Shown one piece after another: positions 1 to 14,180 of a stretch of 64,000 nt of DNA; position 1 is the stretch's first letter; each line of letters opens with the position of its first letter. Location: positions 21,889,280 to 21,953,279 of the forward strand of contig MU054187.1 in the NCBI GenBank assembly GCA_013239625.1, in the 5' to 3' direction. This DNA is from Lama guanicoe (Eukaryota). The position numbers and the translations under genes are program-made. The notes under the pieces were generated by a model. The model saw only the letters and a list, made by a program, of their open reading frames with translations. It did no database searches and had not been told where the DNA came from.

Positions 1-1390
1 AAAGCTGTAGTATTCAAAACAGTGTGGTACTGGCATAAGGAAGGACATATAGGACACTAGCTGACATTTGAAAGTACAGAAATAAACATTTACAGTCAAC
101 TGATTTTCAACAAGGGTTCCAAGAATATTCAACGCAGAAAGGTAAACCTGCACAACAAACTATGCTGGGACAACTGGATATCTATATGCAATAGAATGAA
201 GATGAACCAACTATCTAACACCATATACAAAAATTAATTCCAAGTGGGCAAAGGCCTGAATTTAAAACTATGAAACTCTTAGAAGAAAACATTAAAGAAA
301 ACAGACATAAATTTTATAACCTCGGATTAGTCAACAGTTTGCCTAAGATATCCAAGGATAACCCATGGAATAGGAGGAAATATTTGCAAATCATATATCT
401 GATACAGGACTAGGATCCAGAATATAAAAGACTTCTTGTAGCTCAACAGTAAAAAGACAAATATCACTATTGAAAAATGGGTAAATACTTTGGATAGGCA
501 TTCTTCAAAGAAGATGTGCAAATGGCCAATAAGCACGCATAAAGATGCCCGAAAGCATTAGTCATTGTGGAAATGCAAGCCAAAACCATTATGAGACACC
601 ACTACATACCCACTAAGATGTCTATAATCAGAATGTTGAACAAGGACAAGTGTTGGCTAGAATGTGGAGAAGTTGGAATCCTCTTATGCTGCTGATGGGA
701 ACATAAAATGGTGCGACTGCTTTTGAAAACAATTCATTAGAAGGTTAAACGGGGTGGGAGGTAGGGAGGATAGTATACCTCAGTGGCAGAGTGCATGCTT
801 AGCATGCATGAGGTCCCGGATTCAATCCCCAGTACCTCCATTAAAAAAAAAAAAAAAGGTTTAACAGTGTATCCCTGTTACACTCATGGGTGTACATCCA
901 AGAGAAATGAAAATACATGCCCACCCCAAAACTTGCATGCAAATGCTCGTAGCAACATTATTCATAATAGTCAGAAAATTGAAACAACACCAATGCCTAT
1001 CAGTTGATGAATGAATAAGTAACATGTGGTACATCCAAACAATATTATTTGGCCCTAAAAAGGAATGAAGTAATGATATAGGATGGAGTCTAGATGAACA
1101 CTGAAAAGCTTATGCTAAATGGAAGATTGCAATCACAGAAGACAACCTATTAAATGATTCTATTTATCTAAAATGTTAAGAACTAAAAAGTAAATCAGTG
1201 GTTGTCTAGGACCGACGGTTTGAGAGAAAATGAGAAATGACTGCTAATGGATACAAGATTTCTTTTCTAGATGATGAAAATATTCTGAAATAAGATTCCG
1301 ATGTTTGCACAACTCCGCAAATACACTAAAAGTCACTAGGCTGTACACTTTCAGAGGGTGAATTTTATGTTTAAATTACATCTTGATAAA
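1..1390 (+). mobile_element. Old LINE-1 (L1M-type): ORF2 C-terminal region and 3'UTR, degenerate
   Basis: Typical L1 ORF2 motifs (aaaacagtgtggtactggcat; gcaacattattcataatag...aaattgaaacaac); interrupted by a SINE. Confidence 0.85.
751..858 (+). mobile_element. tRNA-Ala-derived SINE (camelid vic-1-like) inserted in the L1
   Basis: A/B-box tRNA head (ctcagtggcagagtgcatgcttagcatgc...ttcaatccccagtacctcca), poly(A) tail, TSD aaggtt(a/t)aac. Confidence 0.85.
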
Positions 1391-1959
1391 AATGGAGAGA
1401 TACGGTGGTTATTAGGAGCTAGCAGTGGATCATTTAAGAATAAATAATACCTTAATAATCTCATTAACTACCATTTTTTCATAAGTGGGCTAGACAGATA
1501 GATCAGAGAAATGACATAAACATAGACAAAGTATCTTGATATAAATAGGTAATTTGACCATATCATTGTTTAGTTATTTATTCAGTAATTCATTTTGCAA
1601 ATTTACTGAGAATCGGCCTGAAGTACGCTGGCTGTTAGAGATTCATTGATCAATATGACGCAGCTCTTCATGGAACTAGCCTAATTAAGATCTGTTTGGT
1701 AAAGTAGGATGGAGAAGCTCAGAGAGGTTCAATAACTGGCCCAATGTCACACAGGTAGTCAGTGACAAAGCAAAGATTTGAACCCAGTTATATTTGGCTC
1801 CAATGCCAATGATATTCCATTACTTCACACTTCCAACAGCAGCTTCATTGTAGGCAAGAATAAGAACTAGGTAACAGTGTAATTAAGGAGATTTACAAAG
1901 AGTGGAATAACTCTATGCAGAGAATAAACACATTTATGTATGAATTCAAGGACTGATCG

Positions 1960-2780
1960 CAACCTGGAGGGACATCCCCACAGGGGTCAAAGGGTTCTTC
2001 CTATGGATGGATCTTATTTGATAGTCTTATCAACAACACAAATGAAGACACAGAAAGCAGGCTGACCACATTTATAGTTGACACAAAGCTGGAAGTGATA
2101 GCTAATATGTTCAAAGAAACATTCAGGATTCAAAGAGATTTCATCAGACTGGAACTCTGGGCTGATGTAATGCAGGATGCAGGGAGAACTGGCTTAACTG
2201 GAATTCACATGAAAAAGACTTGGATATTTAATTGAGAGCAAGCTCAATATGATTTAAAGGTGTGAGCCAAAAAAGCTACGGCATTCTTAGCCTGCATTAA
2301 AAGAAAATTAGTGTCCAGGAAAAGGGATGGAACTGGACTTCTAGCCACTGCTTTCATCAGACAGACACTGAAGTATTTTGTTCCGTTGTGTTCCACTAGT
2401 GTTAAGAATACTGACAAAGTGGAAGATGTTCAGAGGAGAGAGGTCAGCAGAATGAAACTGTGTCATGTGAAGGACTGGAGATATTTAGTTTAACTTGGAG
2501 AACTGACCAGTGCTGTGGAGGTGGGAGAGGGAATAACAGCCATTTTCAAAGACTTGAAAGGATATCTTCAGGCTGATGGTTTAATTTAATTGTTTTCTCT
2601 AACAAACAGAACTAGGACCCACACGAAATAGGAAGAGAGATATGCGCTTATAAATTATTTTCAAATAGTTGCCATGGTGGGAAGGGGAATAATCTACCTT
2701 GTAATTTAGTGAGCAGTTACTCATGGGAATTATTTACGAAAAGTTTGGATAAACATTTGTACACTGGGGATTCCTGGAAC
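1960..2780 (+). mobile_element. Ancient CR1/L3 LINE fragment
   Basis: RT-like remnant (gttgacacaaagctggaag...ggattcaaagagatttcatcagactggaa...ttagcctgcattaaaagaa). Boundaries approximate. Confidence 0.6.
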
Positions 2781-4274
2781 TTCATTGAAGTTTGGACTCA
2801 AAGACTTATAAGACTCATTTGAAGTCAAAGATCTAATAGCAATTATAATAATAATCATTATCATGGTATCAGCGAATATGGATTGCAAAAGCTACTATTG
2901 TAAATATTCTATGTTTGTTATCATATTTAGCCTTGACAACTACTTGAAATATTTTATTATCTTCATTTTATGGATGAGGAAACAGGGACCTTAGACAGGT
3001 AGAGTAATTTTCCTAAGGATGCATGACTTGTGGTGCTATGATTTCAGAGCCTCAGCATTTAACACTTTCTTAAAAACTCTTTTAATCTCTGTTATTGAAA
3101 GAGTTGTAATAGATTGATTGTGTTTCTGAGATAATTTGGCTCAAATTCCATCTGTTCAGCCTGAACCTATTGGAGGGGATTATATGGTTAGGCATTTGAA
3201 CAATTCAAGGTCAACAGGAACTCTTATCTTTGTGGAGAGTAAAAGGCTGTCCAGTGGAATTTCAGGATCGACACGTTCAGTGTTTAAAAAAGCAAACAGC
3301 TTAGCTCATATTTTCATTCTTGGATTATTTCAAATGAGACAGCGCCAGAGTACACAAAAGCAGATAGCTTGGTTTCAGATTTTCATTCCTGAATTGGGAT
3401 TTCAATATGCATGCCATGATAGCGGATGCTTACCAAAGAATGGAAGGAGCAAGGGATGGAAATTACCGTATTTACTCTTGTGGTAGGCAGATGACTTTTC
3501 TGCAACTTGCATAGTGGTTTTAATTTCCTATAAATAGTGAACCAGTGACTAACAGGTGCTCTCTGATATGTTTGGAAAAACACGTGTTTAATTTCAACAT
3601 GGAGGTCCCACCACAATTAAGTCTGGAAGAGACGAAGAGCAGTAGTGTTTTGCTTCAATAAATTCTTGTCTAGTTCAGAATATTGGGGGGAATGTCAAAT
3701 CAGAAATAAATTCATGCATGCATTCATTTTAGGAAACAAACGGATAGATGACTACAGATTTTGATAAGTAGAAGAAAGGCACTGTATATGATGCTATCAT
3801 AAAAATGAGGGAGAACCTTCTTGGATGAGAAAGGGTACTCTGAGTTGGTGATTTCTAAGCTGTAGCCTGAGCAGTGGGGAAGGGTCTAGAGGAAGAGCAT
3901 TCTAGAGAGAAGATACAGCAAGCAGGAAGGCTTCAGGGCTAGAAGGAGTTTAACATATTCTAGGCATTCACAGAAGAGGTGGCAATAGTCCAGATAAAGG
4001 ATGTCTGTATCTTGGGTTAGGATGATAGCAGTGAAAATGGAAACAAATGGATAAACCACAGGGATATTTTAGAAATTGAGATCAGACACAAGAATGGAAA
4101 CTATACAGATATGCAATATCCTAGGGGTAACATATATGCATAAAAATCTCTCTGGAGCCCCTATCCTCATTCTTTGTAATCTCAAGAAATTGTCAACATG
4201 TTTCAGTCTTTTATCAAATAGTCCTGAATAAGCAATTCTTTTCCTTATGAGAGAGAAAGGAATCCTCCTTCAAA

Positions 4275-4555
4275 CAATCCCCAATGTTCATAGCAGCACT
4301 ATTTACAATAGCCAAGACATGGAAACAGCCTAAATGTCCATCAACAGATGACTGGATAAAGAAGATGTGGTATATTTATACAATGGAATATTATTCAGCC
4401 ATAAAAATGACAACATAACGCCATTTGCAGCAACATGGATGCTCCTGGAGAATATCATTCTAAGTAAAGTAAGCCAGAAAGAGAAAGAAAAATACCATAA
4501 GAGATCGCTCATATGTGGAATCTAAAAAAAAAAGAACATAAATATGAAACAGAAT
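4275..4555 (+). mobile_element. Younger LINE-1 ORF2 3' fragment
   Basis: ccccaatgttcatagcagcactatttacaatagccaagacatggaaacagcctaaatgtccatc... Confidence 0.85.
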
Positions 4556-5499
4556 CACTTTCTATTAGTTAGAGACTCCCTCCCTCTCTTCCTTCCTTCC
4601 TCCTGGCATTCCTTCCCTCTTGCCCACCTGCCTTCCTTCAGTGGAACGGATTACCTGGCTACTTGGTGTCAAGCCCTGGGCTAGCTACTGGGCATGTGGT
4701 TATGAGCAAAACAGTCCTGGTTTCTGCCTCCATGAAATTTTCATTTAATTGGGAGGTAATTAACCCAGGACAAAATCATATCTCTTTTACATTTCTGCAT
4801 TTTTAAAACTAGTAATTACTGAATGCTTATTAACCCCATGCAATATTCTAAACACTTTACAAGTGTTATCTTAATGAATCCTTAAAACAAACACATCCCC
4901 CCACCCCAACCCACTGTCCATTCTACCAATGAGGACGCTGAAGTTCAGGGAAGTTGCTGGCCCTAAGTAAGTGGCAGAGCTGAGGTTGGCATCCAGCTCT
5001 CTGGAATTCCGAGTTCCAGCTCATAACTGCAGTGCTTTGGAGGTCTCTCTAATTCTGTTTTAAAACTAAACAACTATATAAATAAAAGCGAATGAATGAA
5101 CAAATAAAATCTTGCTCAAGCATCAGCTGTTTCCAGCTACAGTTGACTCTCTGATCTTCCTTTAGTTGGGTGGAAACCCCCCTTTCTCAGACTGCTCTGG
5201 TCTATACGCATTTTAGATCTAGTGCAAGAGAAGTCATAAAATGGAGATCGCCGGGGTAATATCAACAACCTATCAGGGAACCTGAGTCTTGAACTGAACG
5301 CCATTCCCTGTCTCCTAATGTGAAGGAAAACAAGGCATTTTTTCCATATTTCCATTGTCTCATTTTAATGGTAACCAGGTTGAAATGCAGAATTGAGTTT
5401 TCCATGTTCAGCCACACACATTTCACTATGGTACTATGAACTCTATTTGAGATCCGTAGCTTCATCCCAGGAAGAAATGGTCCACTAGAATCAAAAAAT

Positions 5500-6080
5500 G
5501 CAAATGATTGTTCCCCTCTTACTTTCTACCTCCATTTCCACTCCAGGTAGAGTGACTGCAAAGGTGAATCAGGTCATATCCCTCATCAGCACTTTCTCTC
5601 CAAAAACTTGCCACTGCACCAGAGTTGAAGATCAACTCGTCACTGAGACCTTCATGGCCCTACATGGCCTGGCATCTCCCATCCTTTCAAACCTCGCCTT
5701 GTACCACCCTCTCCCTTGATTACCTCCCTCCAGCCCAAGTATTCTTGGAGTTCTCTCCACCTGAAATTCTCTTTCTTGAATTCCTCCAATAGTTAATACC
5801 TTTCCAGGCTTTAGTTCTTTTATTTCTCCTCCTCAGGAAACTCTTCCGTAATTATCATATCTAAAGAAGATCTTTCTTTTCCAATCTGTCCAGTGGATTT
5901 TTCCCTGTAAACCACACGGTTATTGTCTGTTTCCTTGCTATTGTCAATACCACGCAACTAGAATGTAAGCTCAATGAGGTGCACAATCTCTCTTGCTCCT
6001 TAATATATCTCCAGTGCCTAGAACAGAGCTGATAGAAGCACATAGCTGGCATTAAAAGCCCACGTTGAATGCATGAATAA
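5500..6080. mobile_element. L2 fragment
   Basis: L2 3'-end-like text (actagaatgtaagctcaatgagg...ccagtgcctagaacag...gttgaatgcatgaat). Confidence 0.55.
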
Positions 6081-9000
6081 GTGATATTCTTTCCATTATA
6101 TTATTTAGATATATTTTAAAAACCTATTGGGTTTTGAGAAAATACTATTCCATTTGGAATTCATTGAATTTGCTGTTAAATGTACTAATAGGAACTTCAG
6201 AGGGACTAGTTGCTGTGATGTGTCACTGTGTTACAGGCTAGAGAACAGTGTTGGGCCAGTCATTGAACAAATTAAATACACTTCTGCACTGTAATGACTT
6301 GAAAACTATAGAATGAAATGTGGTGACCTCAGAAGTTTCTGTTGATTGGCAAAGAAACCATTTCTGAGAGATAGGATTTGTGCTAACATATGTGACATAT
6401 CATTTATCTATATTTGTGGTAAAATCTAGGGTGAAGACGCTCAAATCAAAGTATATTAAATTTATTAAATAAGTGATCATAATTTATATTTTTCCATGTA
6501 ATTCAATACTATATTTCTGGATTTTTAAAATTACTCTGTCCCCATTAAGAGAACAATACAATTCTTTCCAAGGCAAGTAATAATAAACAGCTTTTTCGAG
6601 GTTCCCACTGCAAAAGAGAGATCCTTCTTTATTTCCTTAAGTAATGCACCTTAAAAAAAAAGATTTTAGTAATGCCACACTTCAGCATCATGAAAAGTGT
6701 GAAGAAATGGTTGTCCTTGAATCAGAATGGATGGATTCATTTTTTTTTAATTCAGTTTTGGGCTCATGTCATGTTTTCATTATGGTGAGGAGAAAGTTGG
6801 TGCAGTATCAGACACGCTAGGCTGCCGTTTCTCTCATCACCCTGTCCCAGACGAGGTAGGGCTGCCGGTTGCAATCTGAGTACTGAACCCGGGACAACAA
6901 TGCCCATTACTCATCCTCTCAATCAAATATCAATCCGGGAAGTTGATGACTTAGGCCAAAGATGAAAAGATCTGACCAGCTGTTCTTCTCAGGCTCAGTT
7001 CTGATCCCTGTGTGAAAAAAGAATACCTTAGAAAAGAAATTGTGAGTTGGAGTGCAATAGTTGCCAAATAGAGAGTCTAGCCCTGTTTATTTTGGAAGCG
7101 CCATGTGCATCAGTCTGGCTGTGAGCAAGGTATTCACGTGTGTGCTTCTGCCCAAGAGGGACAGCAAAGTTCCCCCATCTCATCTGAATGGAGATTCCTC
7201 TGAGTGAGTTGTTTGACTCCTCTACCCTGTCCCGAGCACCTTCTGAAAAGAAGACTGTCTTTCTTCAAGGTCAATAATCAATGATTAGTAACTGTGAGTG
7301 AAACTGAAAACCACAAATCTGGTCAGAATGGCCACCCTTGAGGATCCAAGCTCTGACAGTACAGAGGGATAAACTGTCCTAAGGGTCAGTGTCAGTAGAA
7401 CATAGCTGTTTAACGAGGGATTAACTGGGAGGCGGCAGGATAGATCTCCAAGCAGGAGCAGGACGCTCCTGGTCTCTGACCAGCGTGTTACCCATCCAAC
7501 CCACTGCTTTCCCATAGCTTCTTGTCTGTCCCACTTACGTATCAAGTCTAGACGAAACTTTCTTGGCCTTGAAGCCTTTCCAACTTTTCCATGTTGCTGA
7601 CATTCATAAACGCTAACTAATAATGATTAGGTTCACTGGTCTGACGAGTGGGATGTGAAATGCTTCCATTGCCCTGAGAAAGAATATGGTTTCTCCATAT
7701 GAAATTTTCTTCTCCATGTCGTACAAGAACTTTTCATTCAGTTATATTCCATTTTCAATAGGATATTCTGAAAAATTAAAGTTGTAAAGACTAATTCTGG
7801 TTTCTATTAAGTAATACTTTGTTTCAAGGTTAAAATATATTGGATCTTACAAAAGAAACTATTTTAGTGTTGAATATAAATTCCTTAAAGGCTTTTGAAG
7901 TCACATGATACTTCTGATGTATGAAGAAAAGACACATTTTACTATAGCTAATTCTGCTATGGAACTTTAATTCCAAAAGTTTCAGTTCTAGTTACACACT
8001 GAACTGGCTCCAGGAAATATTCATTCTAGCATGTAACAAATCAAATTCGTTGTAGACATCAATATTTTTATTGATCTCTTTCAACACTTTTAGTTTTATA
8101 GGGTTTCACATGATTAGCTATTATATTGTGTTATTCTTCTCAAGGTCACAGAGAATACTATACTTTTTTCATTGGGAGATGCTGAGCTAACATTTCACAG
8201 AGGATATATTAAAATTTTATCCTAAACCTTCCTCTGCTAAAACAGGTAGGTATTTTATGTAGCAAGTTACCACATGAAAGCAATAGTTCAGTACAGCTGT
8301 TCACTAACCAAATGAAATTTTTCCTTCTTAATTTTACATTTCATAAAAATGAGCATATATTAGAATCGCTTTGCAGACTCTGTAGCTTACCATACTGTGT
8401 GCCATAGTTTCATTTTGCTTTACAGTGATAATGGTTAACTAAAGATGTTTCTGGTTTGAGAACATTTCCCTCAAAATTTCACACTGGTTTTAAGTTGTTT
8501 GAATCATAAAGACCAAATTGCATGCCAGAGATGTCAGTTGATTGTAATTTATAAGGCAAATTAATATTATATCACAGTAAATAATTAATTTTTCTCCACA
8601 TCACTGCAAATCAAGAGGATACATTAAGTTGAGTTAAACAAAATAATAGACAATATTATAAAGCTGTATTGGAACAGAAATTACATTTTTTTTGCTATTA
8701 TTATTTTTAAAATTTTGGTTCTCATGAAAACAAGCATTATATAGTTTTTAATGCATGCACTTTAGTAGCCTTATTACTTGTGAGAAATATTTCCTCCAAA
8801 TGTTAAATTAAGGTCCACCTGTTTAGAGAATTCAACTGTTATATGTGATATTCAGTGATCATAGATAGTAAAGTTGAAGGGACTTTCCCAGTCTCTAGTC
8901 CATCCTCTCATTTATATACAAGAAAACACTACCTGAGGTGCTGTGCAACTTTGCAAAGTTACACACATAGTTAAGGATGAGTCTGGAATCTGGGTTTCCC

Positions 9001-9213
9001 TATGAAGTTCATTTATTTACCAGCTCCATGAGTGGCTCATTTATATTTTCAAACTAAGACTGTGAGATGAATTTTCTATCACATAAAGAAATGTGAGACA
9101 CATGGCAATGGATTTATCAGAAATTACATTTTTTTACAATGTCAAGATAGTCCTTATCATTTAGAGACAAAATCAGAAGTGTCCAAGTAACTTTTTCTGA
9201 AGACAGAAGATAA

Positions 9214-9343
9214 GCTCACAGAGGAAAAAAATGTGACAATGAATATATGTATGTTCATGTGTAACTGAAAAATTGTGCTCTACACTGGAATTTGATACAA
9301 CATTGTAAAATGACTATAACTCAATAAAAATGTTAAAAAAATA
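9214..9343 (+). mobile_element. 5'-truncated young L1 3' tail
   Basis: 14-bp TSD aagacagaagataa (9200-9213 and 9344-9357); near-identical copy at about 10580-10706. Confidence 0.8.
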
Positions 9344-9589
9344 AAGACAGAAGATAAAAATTAGTTGTATTTTAGTCTTAGGGTATGAGGCATGCTGAGA
9401 CACTACTGATGGGATTTTTTAAAAAGCAGTGCATGATGGTTTAATTAACGGCATTTTTTCCCTAAGTGGGACATAAAATAATCATTTATCCTAAGATTAA
9501 TAGTACCTACATTGGTGGAAATCAAGATATTAAGCACCATTTTTTATAGAAGGAATTTTTATTTTAAAATACTGAAAACTGGAAATAGG

Positions 9590-9895
9590 AAGAGTTTAGT
9601 AAAAGGGCACAAACATTCAGCTATAAGGTGAATAAGACCTTAGGGATCTAATGTATAACATGGTGACTGTAGTTGATAACACTTTGTTATGTAATTGAAA
9701 TTTTCTAAGAGAATAGAACCAAGTGTTCCCACACACACAAAAGATGAACAGGTGAGGTGGTGGGTAGGTTAATTACCTAGGTGAGAGGGCTCTTTTCACC
9801 ATGTACACGTATTTCAAATCATCACAGTGTACAGTTTAAATAGCTTACAATTTTATTAGTCACTTACACCTCAATAAAGCCAAAAAAAAAAAAAA
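9590..9895 (+). mobile_element. L1 3'UTR fragment
   Basis: gggatctaatgtataacatggtgactgtagtt...cacctcaataaagc followed by poly(A). Confidence 0.75.
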
Positions 9896-10579
9896 CGCCA
9901 GAAAATTCTGCAGTTATACCAATATAAAATCTTTCAGGAATAAAGTATTTAAATTCCATTTTTATTTGGAAAAAGTATGATATAATAACTGTGGGGTGTA
10001 GTCTACTAATTCAAAGATTACTGTTAGTCTTGATTCCTTAATTTTGAAAAAATTAAAAAAATACTTAATGATATTAAAAGCCTATAAAATTCAAACAATT
10101 AATACACATATTCTTCTGCTCTGTTATTCAGAAATTTGATGAAAATCAATTTCTAATATCTCTTAATGTCTTTTAAAAAACATGAATTTGGGTTTACCAG
10201 GTTTGTACCTTCCAATTCGGAAAAAAAAAATTATGCTAGAATTTTTTCCTGCATGAAAACCCCACAGTTCTTAAATATTTATTTAATTAAATTTGTAAAG
10301 TGAGAATAATGACAAATATAAAGTGTTAGTTTTCAAGTGCTTGCACATACAGTGTTTGGTGTTAATAATCAGGTGAAGGGTGCTAGGCAGTTACTACTAT
10401 TTTGCGAAGTTACTTGTCCAGCCTAGGATAGCAACACTTCACAGGGAAAGGCAGAGGTGAAACCAGGGTTTTTCTAGCTTCTAGAAGGGTGAGGTTAATG
10501 CTTGATTTTTCTCAGGGAAGCAGAAAAAATTACATTATATTGGAAACAGAATTGCCCATTCCAATAAAAATAATACCAA

Positions 10580-10706
10580 AAACAAAAAAATGACAATGAA
10601 TATATGTATGTTCATGTATAACTGAAAAATTGTGCTCTACACTGGAATTTGACACAACATTGTAAACTGACTATAACTCACTAAAAAGTGTTTAAAAAAA
10701 AAAAAA
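10580..10706 (+). mobile_element. Young L1 3' tail
   Basis: Same sequence as 9225-9343, ending in poly(A). Confidence 0.75.
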
Positions 10707-11497
10707 GTCTAACAGTGGCTTGGCCTTGAATCAAAATGGCAGCAGAGATCAAAAGACAGCAGACTGAATGGAGACCAGATATTAAGGGTGAACTGATGCC
10801 TTTTCAGTGTGAAATCTTACTCACTTCCTACACTGTCTGTAGAGCTGTTGATGTAAATGGTTTAGCTGTATTAGGTATAGATGATGGGAAGGACAACGGA
10901 GTCAAAGGGAACAGTGTGTGAAAAGGCAAAGAAGGGGTAAGACTAAAGCGTGTTATGGGAGGAGTGAAGGCAGCTCTGTAGCTGATGCAGAGGGCTGGTG
11001 GATCTGGAAGGAAAGGTGGGGATAAGGCTGAAAGTGGGTTGGACAGACTTCTGAAGACCCATGGTTGCCATTTAGAAGACTTTGCATTTCACTTTTAAAA
11101 ACTTGTTTATCAAATAATATACTAAAGAAGCGCTAAGCCTTGTAGGAACTAGGGTCTTCTTAGTTCTTATCACAGTGCTTAGGGTTTCAGTTAATTTTGT
11201 TGTATGAGATTAGTACATTTTGCACATAATTGGTCACTTGTGGTTAAAAAAGTTTTAAGTGCAATTCCCACTGTGGGAAGGATCAACTGGTATTAGATGG
11301 AACAGCTCAAAACAGTTCAAGGAGAAGGTGAATGCCGTGGGTGTTTGTTTTATCCTACACCAGCAGGATGCATCCTGCATCTCTGTGATGTCTGTGGGTT
11401 AGCACCTGCACTCTGACATGAACAAGAGGCACTGTTTACGACCAACAAGGGACAAGGATTAGTCAGGATAGGTGACTGTCCAATGAGAAATTGGATA

Positions 11498-11629
11498 GGG
11501 GGAGGGTATAGCTCAGTGGTAGAGTGCATGCTTAGCATGCACCAGGACCTAGGTTCAATCCCCAGATCTCCGTTTAAAACAAATAAACCCAATTAGCTAC
11601 CCCCCAAAAAAATTTTAAAAAAGAAAGAA
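11498..11629 (+). mobile_element. tRNA-Ala-derived SINE (vic-1-like)
   Basis: ggggagggtatagctcagtggtagagtgcatgcttagc...; TSD agaaattggata (11486-11497 and 11630-11641). Confidence 0.9.
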
Positions 11630-12534
11630 AGAAATTGGATAAAATGAACAAAGCCAGAGAAGGGTACTAACTTCACCGAGTGAAAATACACTGGCCTAGA
11701 CTGAGCTAAGTTCTTCACTGAAGTATCTCATTGAAGCCGCACTAGAACCCTGTAAGGCAGACATTATTCTCTCCATTTCACAGATGACATGGCTAAGGCT
11801 GAAGAAAATTGTAAGCAAATGGCCACCAAAATGCTATGAAATGTCAAAACAAAACACAATTCCCCTTGTTAATTTTGCAAGCAAATACTAGCATTGAGTT
11901 ATTGAAAACTAGAATTGATAACCTATATTTGATACTAAGAAAAGGTACCCCAGAGTTCAACTAGTGAGTTTTCTCAGTTTAAGATGCTATTACTGGATTT
12001 CAAAAGAAGAATTTGTATTTGGAAGGAAACAGTTTGAATTTATGAACCCTGATGATCCAATCTTACTGCATAGATCTGGGGGAGGCGCCTCACATTTGGA
12101 CTCATGCTCCTGCTCTCCAATAAAGTGACTATCTCAGGGCAATACATTTTAGTGAGGGACACCAGCTGGGACAAGTTCTCAGGCTGTTCTCCTATAAAAC
12201 TGCCATGAATAGGAGTCAGACTTTAAGATTTGATCCAAGTGACTCAGCTGTCTGTTGCTGGTGACAAACTCAGGAACTGGGCCTATCAGGTTTGGCTCCT
12301 ATTGGTGAGCCAAGTTTCTTGACAATGTTTTTGGGAAAAAAGAAATAACAAACAAACAAACAATATTGTCAGGGAGGAAGGTAAAAGCTAAGTTATATAC
12401 GAGAGTTAAATAGATTAACTTAAAAATTCGATTTTTAGAGGGAGAAATGGATAAAAGGGATCAACGATATGGTAATGGGTGGAAGCTAAATTTTTGGTGC
12501 TGAGCACGCTGCAGTGTAGACAGAATTAGAAACA

Positions 12535-14180
12535 GAGGGGAGATCAAGATGGTTGAGTAGGAGGATGTGGAGCTCACCTCCCCTGACAAACACATCAAGA
12601 CCACTTCTACATAGGGAGCAATCCTCACTGAAAACAAACTGGGGACTGGAGAAAAACTCTGACACAACCAAAGCTCTAAGAAAGGTCCACATGGAGTTGG
12701 GCAGGAAGGGAAGAGAAGAGATCAAATCAGGACCTGTGCCTCTAGGAGGAGATGCAGAAGAGCAGAGGGATTACATGGGCTCAAAGATCTCCCCTCCCTG
12801 GGGGGTGAGCACGTTGAACCATATAGAGGGCACCCCAGCCCTGGGGTCAGACACCAGAGAAGTCCCTTGGCTGGTTTAAACCAGCGGGACTAACAGAGGA
12901 CTGTAAGAGCCTAGACTTTGCTTGTGTGCTCATGTTTGCTTACTCCCCAAACAAGGCAGAGGAAGCAGATTGAAACTGCCTGGGATTCTGACTGGTTTCC
13001 TGCAACAGCCCCTGCAGGCACCCCAGCTAGAGCTGAATGCCCACTCAGGCCCCCCTGTTCTGCCCCAGCCCCACACTGGGATGAGGGCTCCACATGGCCA
13101 AGGGAGGTACACAGTTATGAGAGACTAAGTCAGCTCAAACCTGGCACAGCATCTGAAGTAATGGTAAATGTATTATACAGTAAAGGCTGTGAATCAGCCA
13201 CCTAAACAAGCTAGTGTGAAGGTTAAAGGAAAAAAAATTATAAAGTCAACCAAAACTACAATAAGTAGTGAATAGATAAATGCAAAGTTGTAAGCTTAAC
13301 AGCAAAAACACAAAATGTAGGGGAGGGGAGTAAAAAACGTAGCTCTTTTAGAATGTATTTGAACTTAGATGACTACCAGTCTAAATCAAGTAGATACAGC
13401 TATAAGTCAACATATATAACACATATATTTGTAGTTTCCCCATGGTAACTACAAATCAAAAACCTACAATGCAGACACAGAAACGAGAGAGAACGGAAAC
13501 AAGAAAATTATCAAGCCACAAGGGAAGAAACTAAAAGAAGAAAAGAATAAAGAACTACAAAAACAACCAGAAAACCAGTAACAAAATCACAATAAATACT
13601 TATCAATAGTTACTTTAAATGTCAATAGAACAAACGTATTCTAAGCAAAAGATATAGTGTGACTGTTTGGATTAAAAAAACAGGACTCATCTGTATGCTG
13701 CTTACAAGGTACTCATGTCAGAACTAAAGACGCAGAAAGAATGAAATTGAGGGGTGGAAAAATATATTTCATGCAAATGGAAATGACAAGAAAACTGGGG
13801 TAGTCATACTTATATCAGACAAAATAGACTTTAAAATAAAGTCTTATAGTAAAGGAGAAAGAAGGGCATAATATAAAGATAAAGGGATCAATACAAGAAG
13901 AGGATGTAACGCTCATTAACATATCCACACTTAATATGGAAGCCCTTAAATAAAGGAAGTATTAACAGATATAAAAGAAAAAATTGACAATAATACAATA
14001 AATGAAGGGGACTTTTAACACCCCACTTATGTCAAAGAACAGATCGTCTAGACAGGAAATTAATAAAGAAATGGTAGCCTTAAATGACACATTAAACCAG
14101 TTGGACAACTTAATAGATATCTATGGGGCATTCCATCCAAAAACAGCAGAATACATTCTTTTCCAGTGCACATGGAACAT
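12535..14180 (+). mobile_element. LINE-1 5' portion: 5'UTR joined to the inter-ORF region and ORF2 endonuclease remnant, ORF1 largely missing
   Basis: Starts with an L1-like 5' end gaggggagatcaagatgg; later degenerate endonuclease sequence (atatcagacaaaatagacttt; FNTPL, RSSRQEINKE, LIDIY..FHPKTAEY). Confidence 0.75.

Noticed and set aside
11498..11572. tRNA-Ala-like sequences
   Set aside because: Followed by A-rich tails, flanked by TSDs and mutually diverged; these are SINE heads, not tRNA genes.
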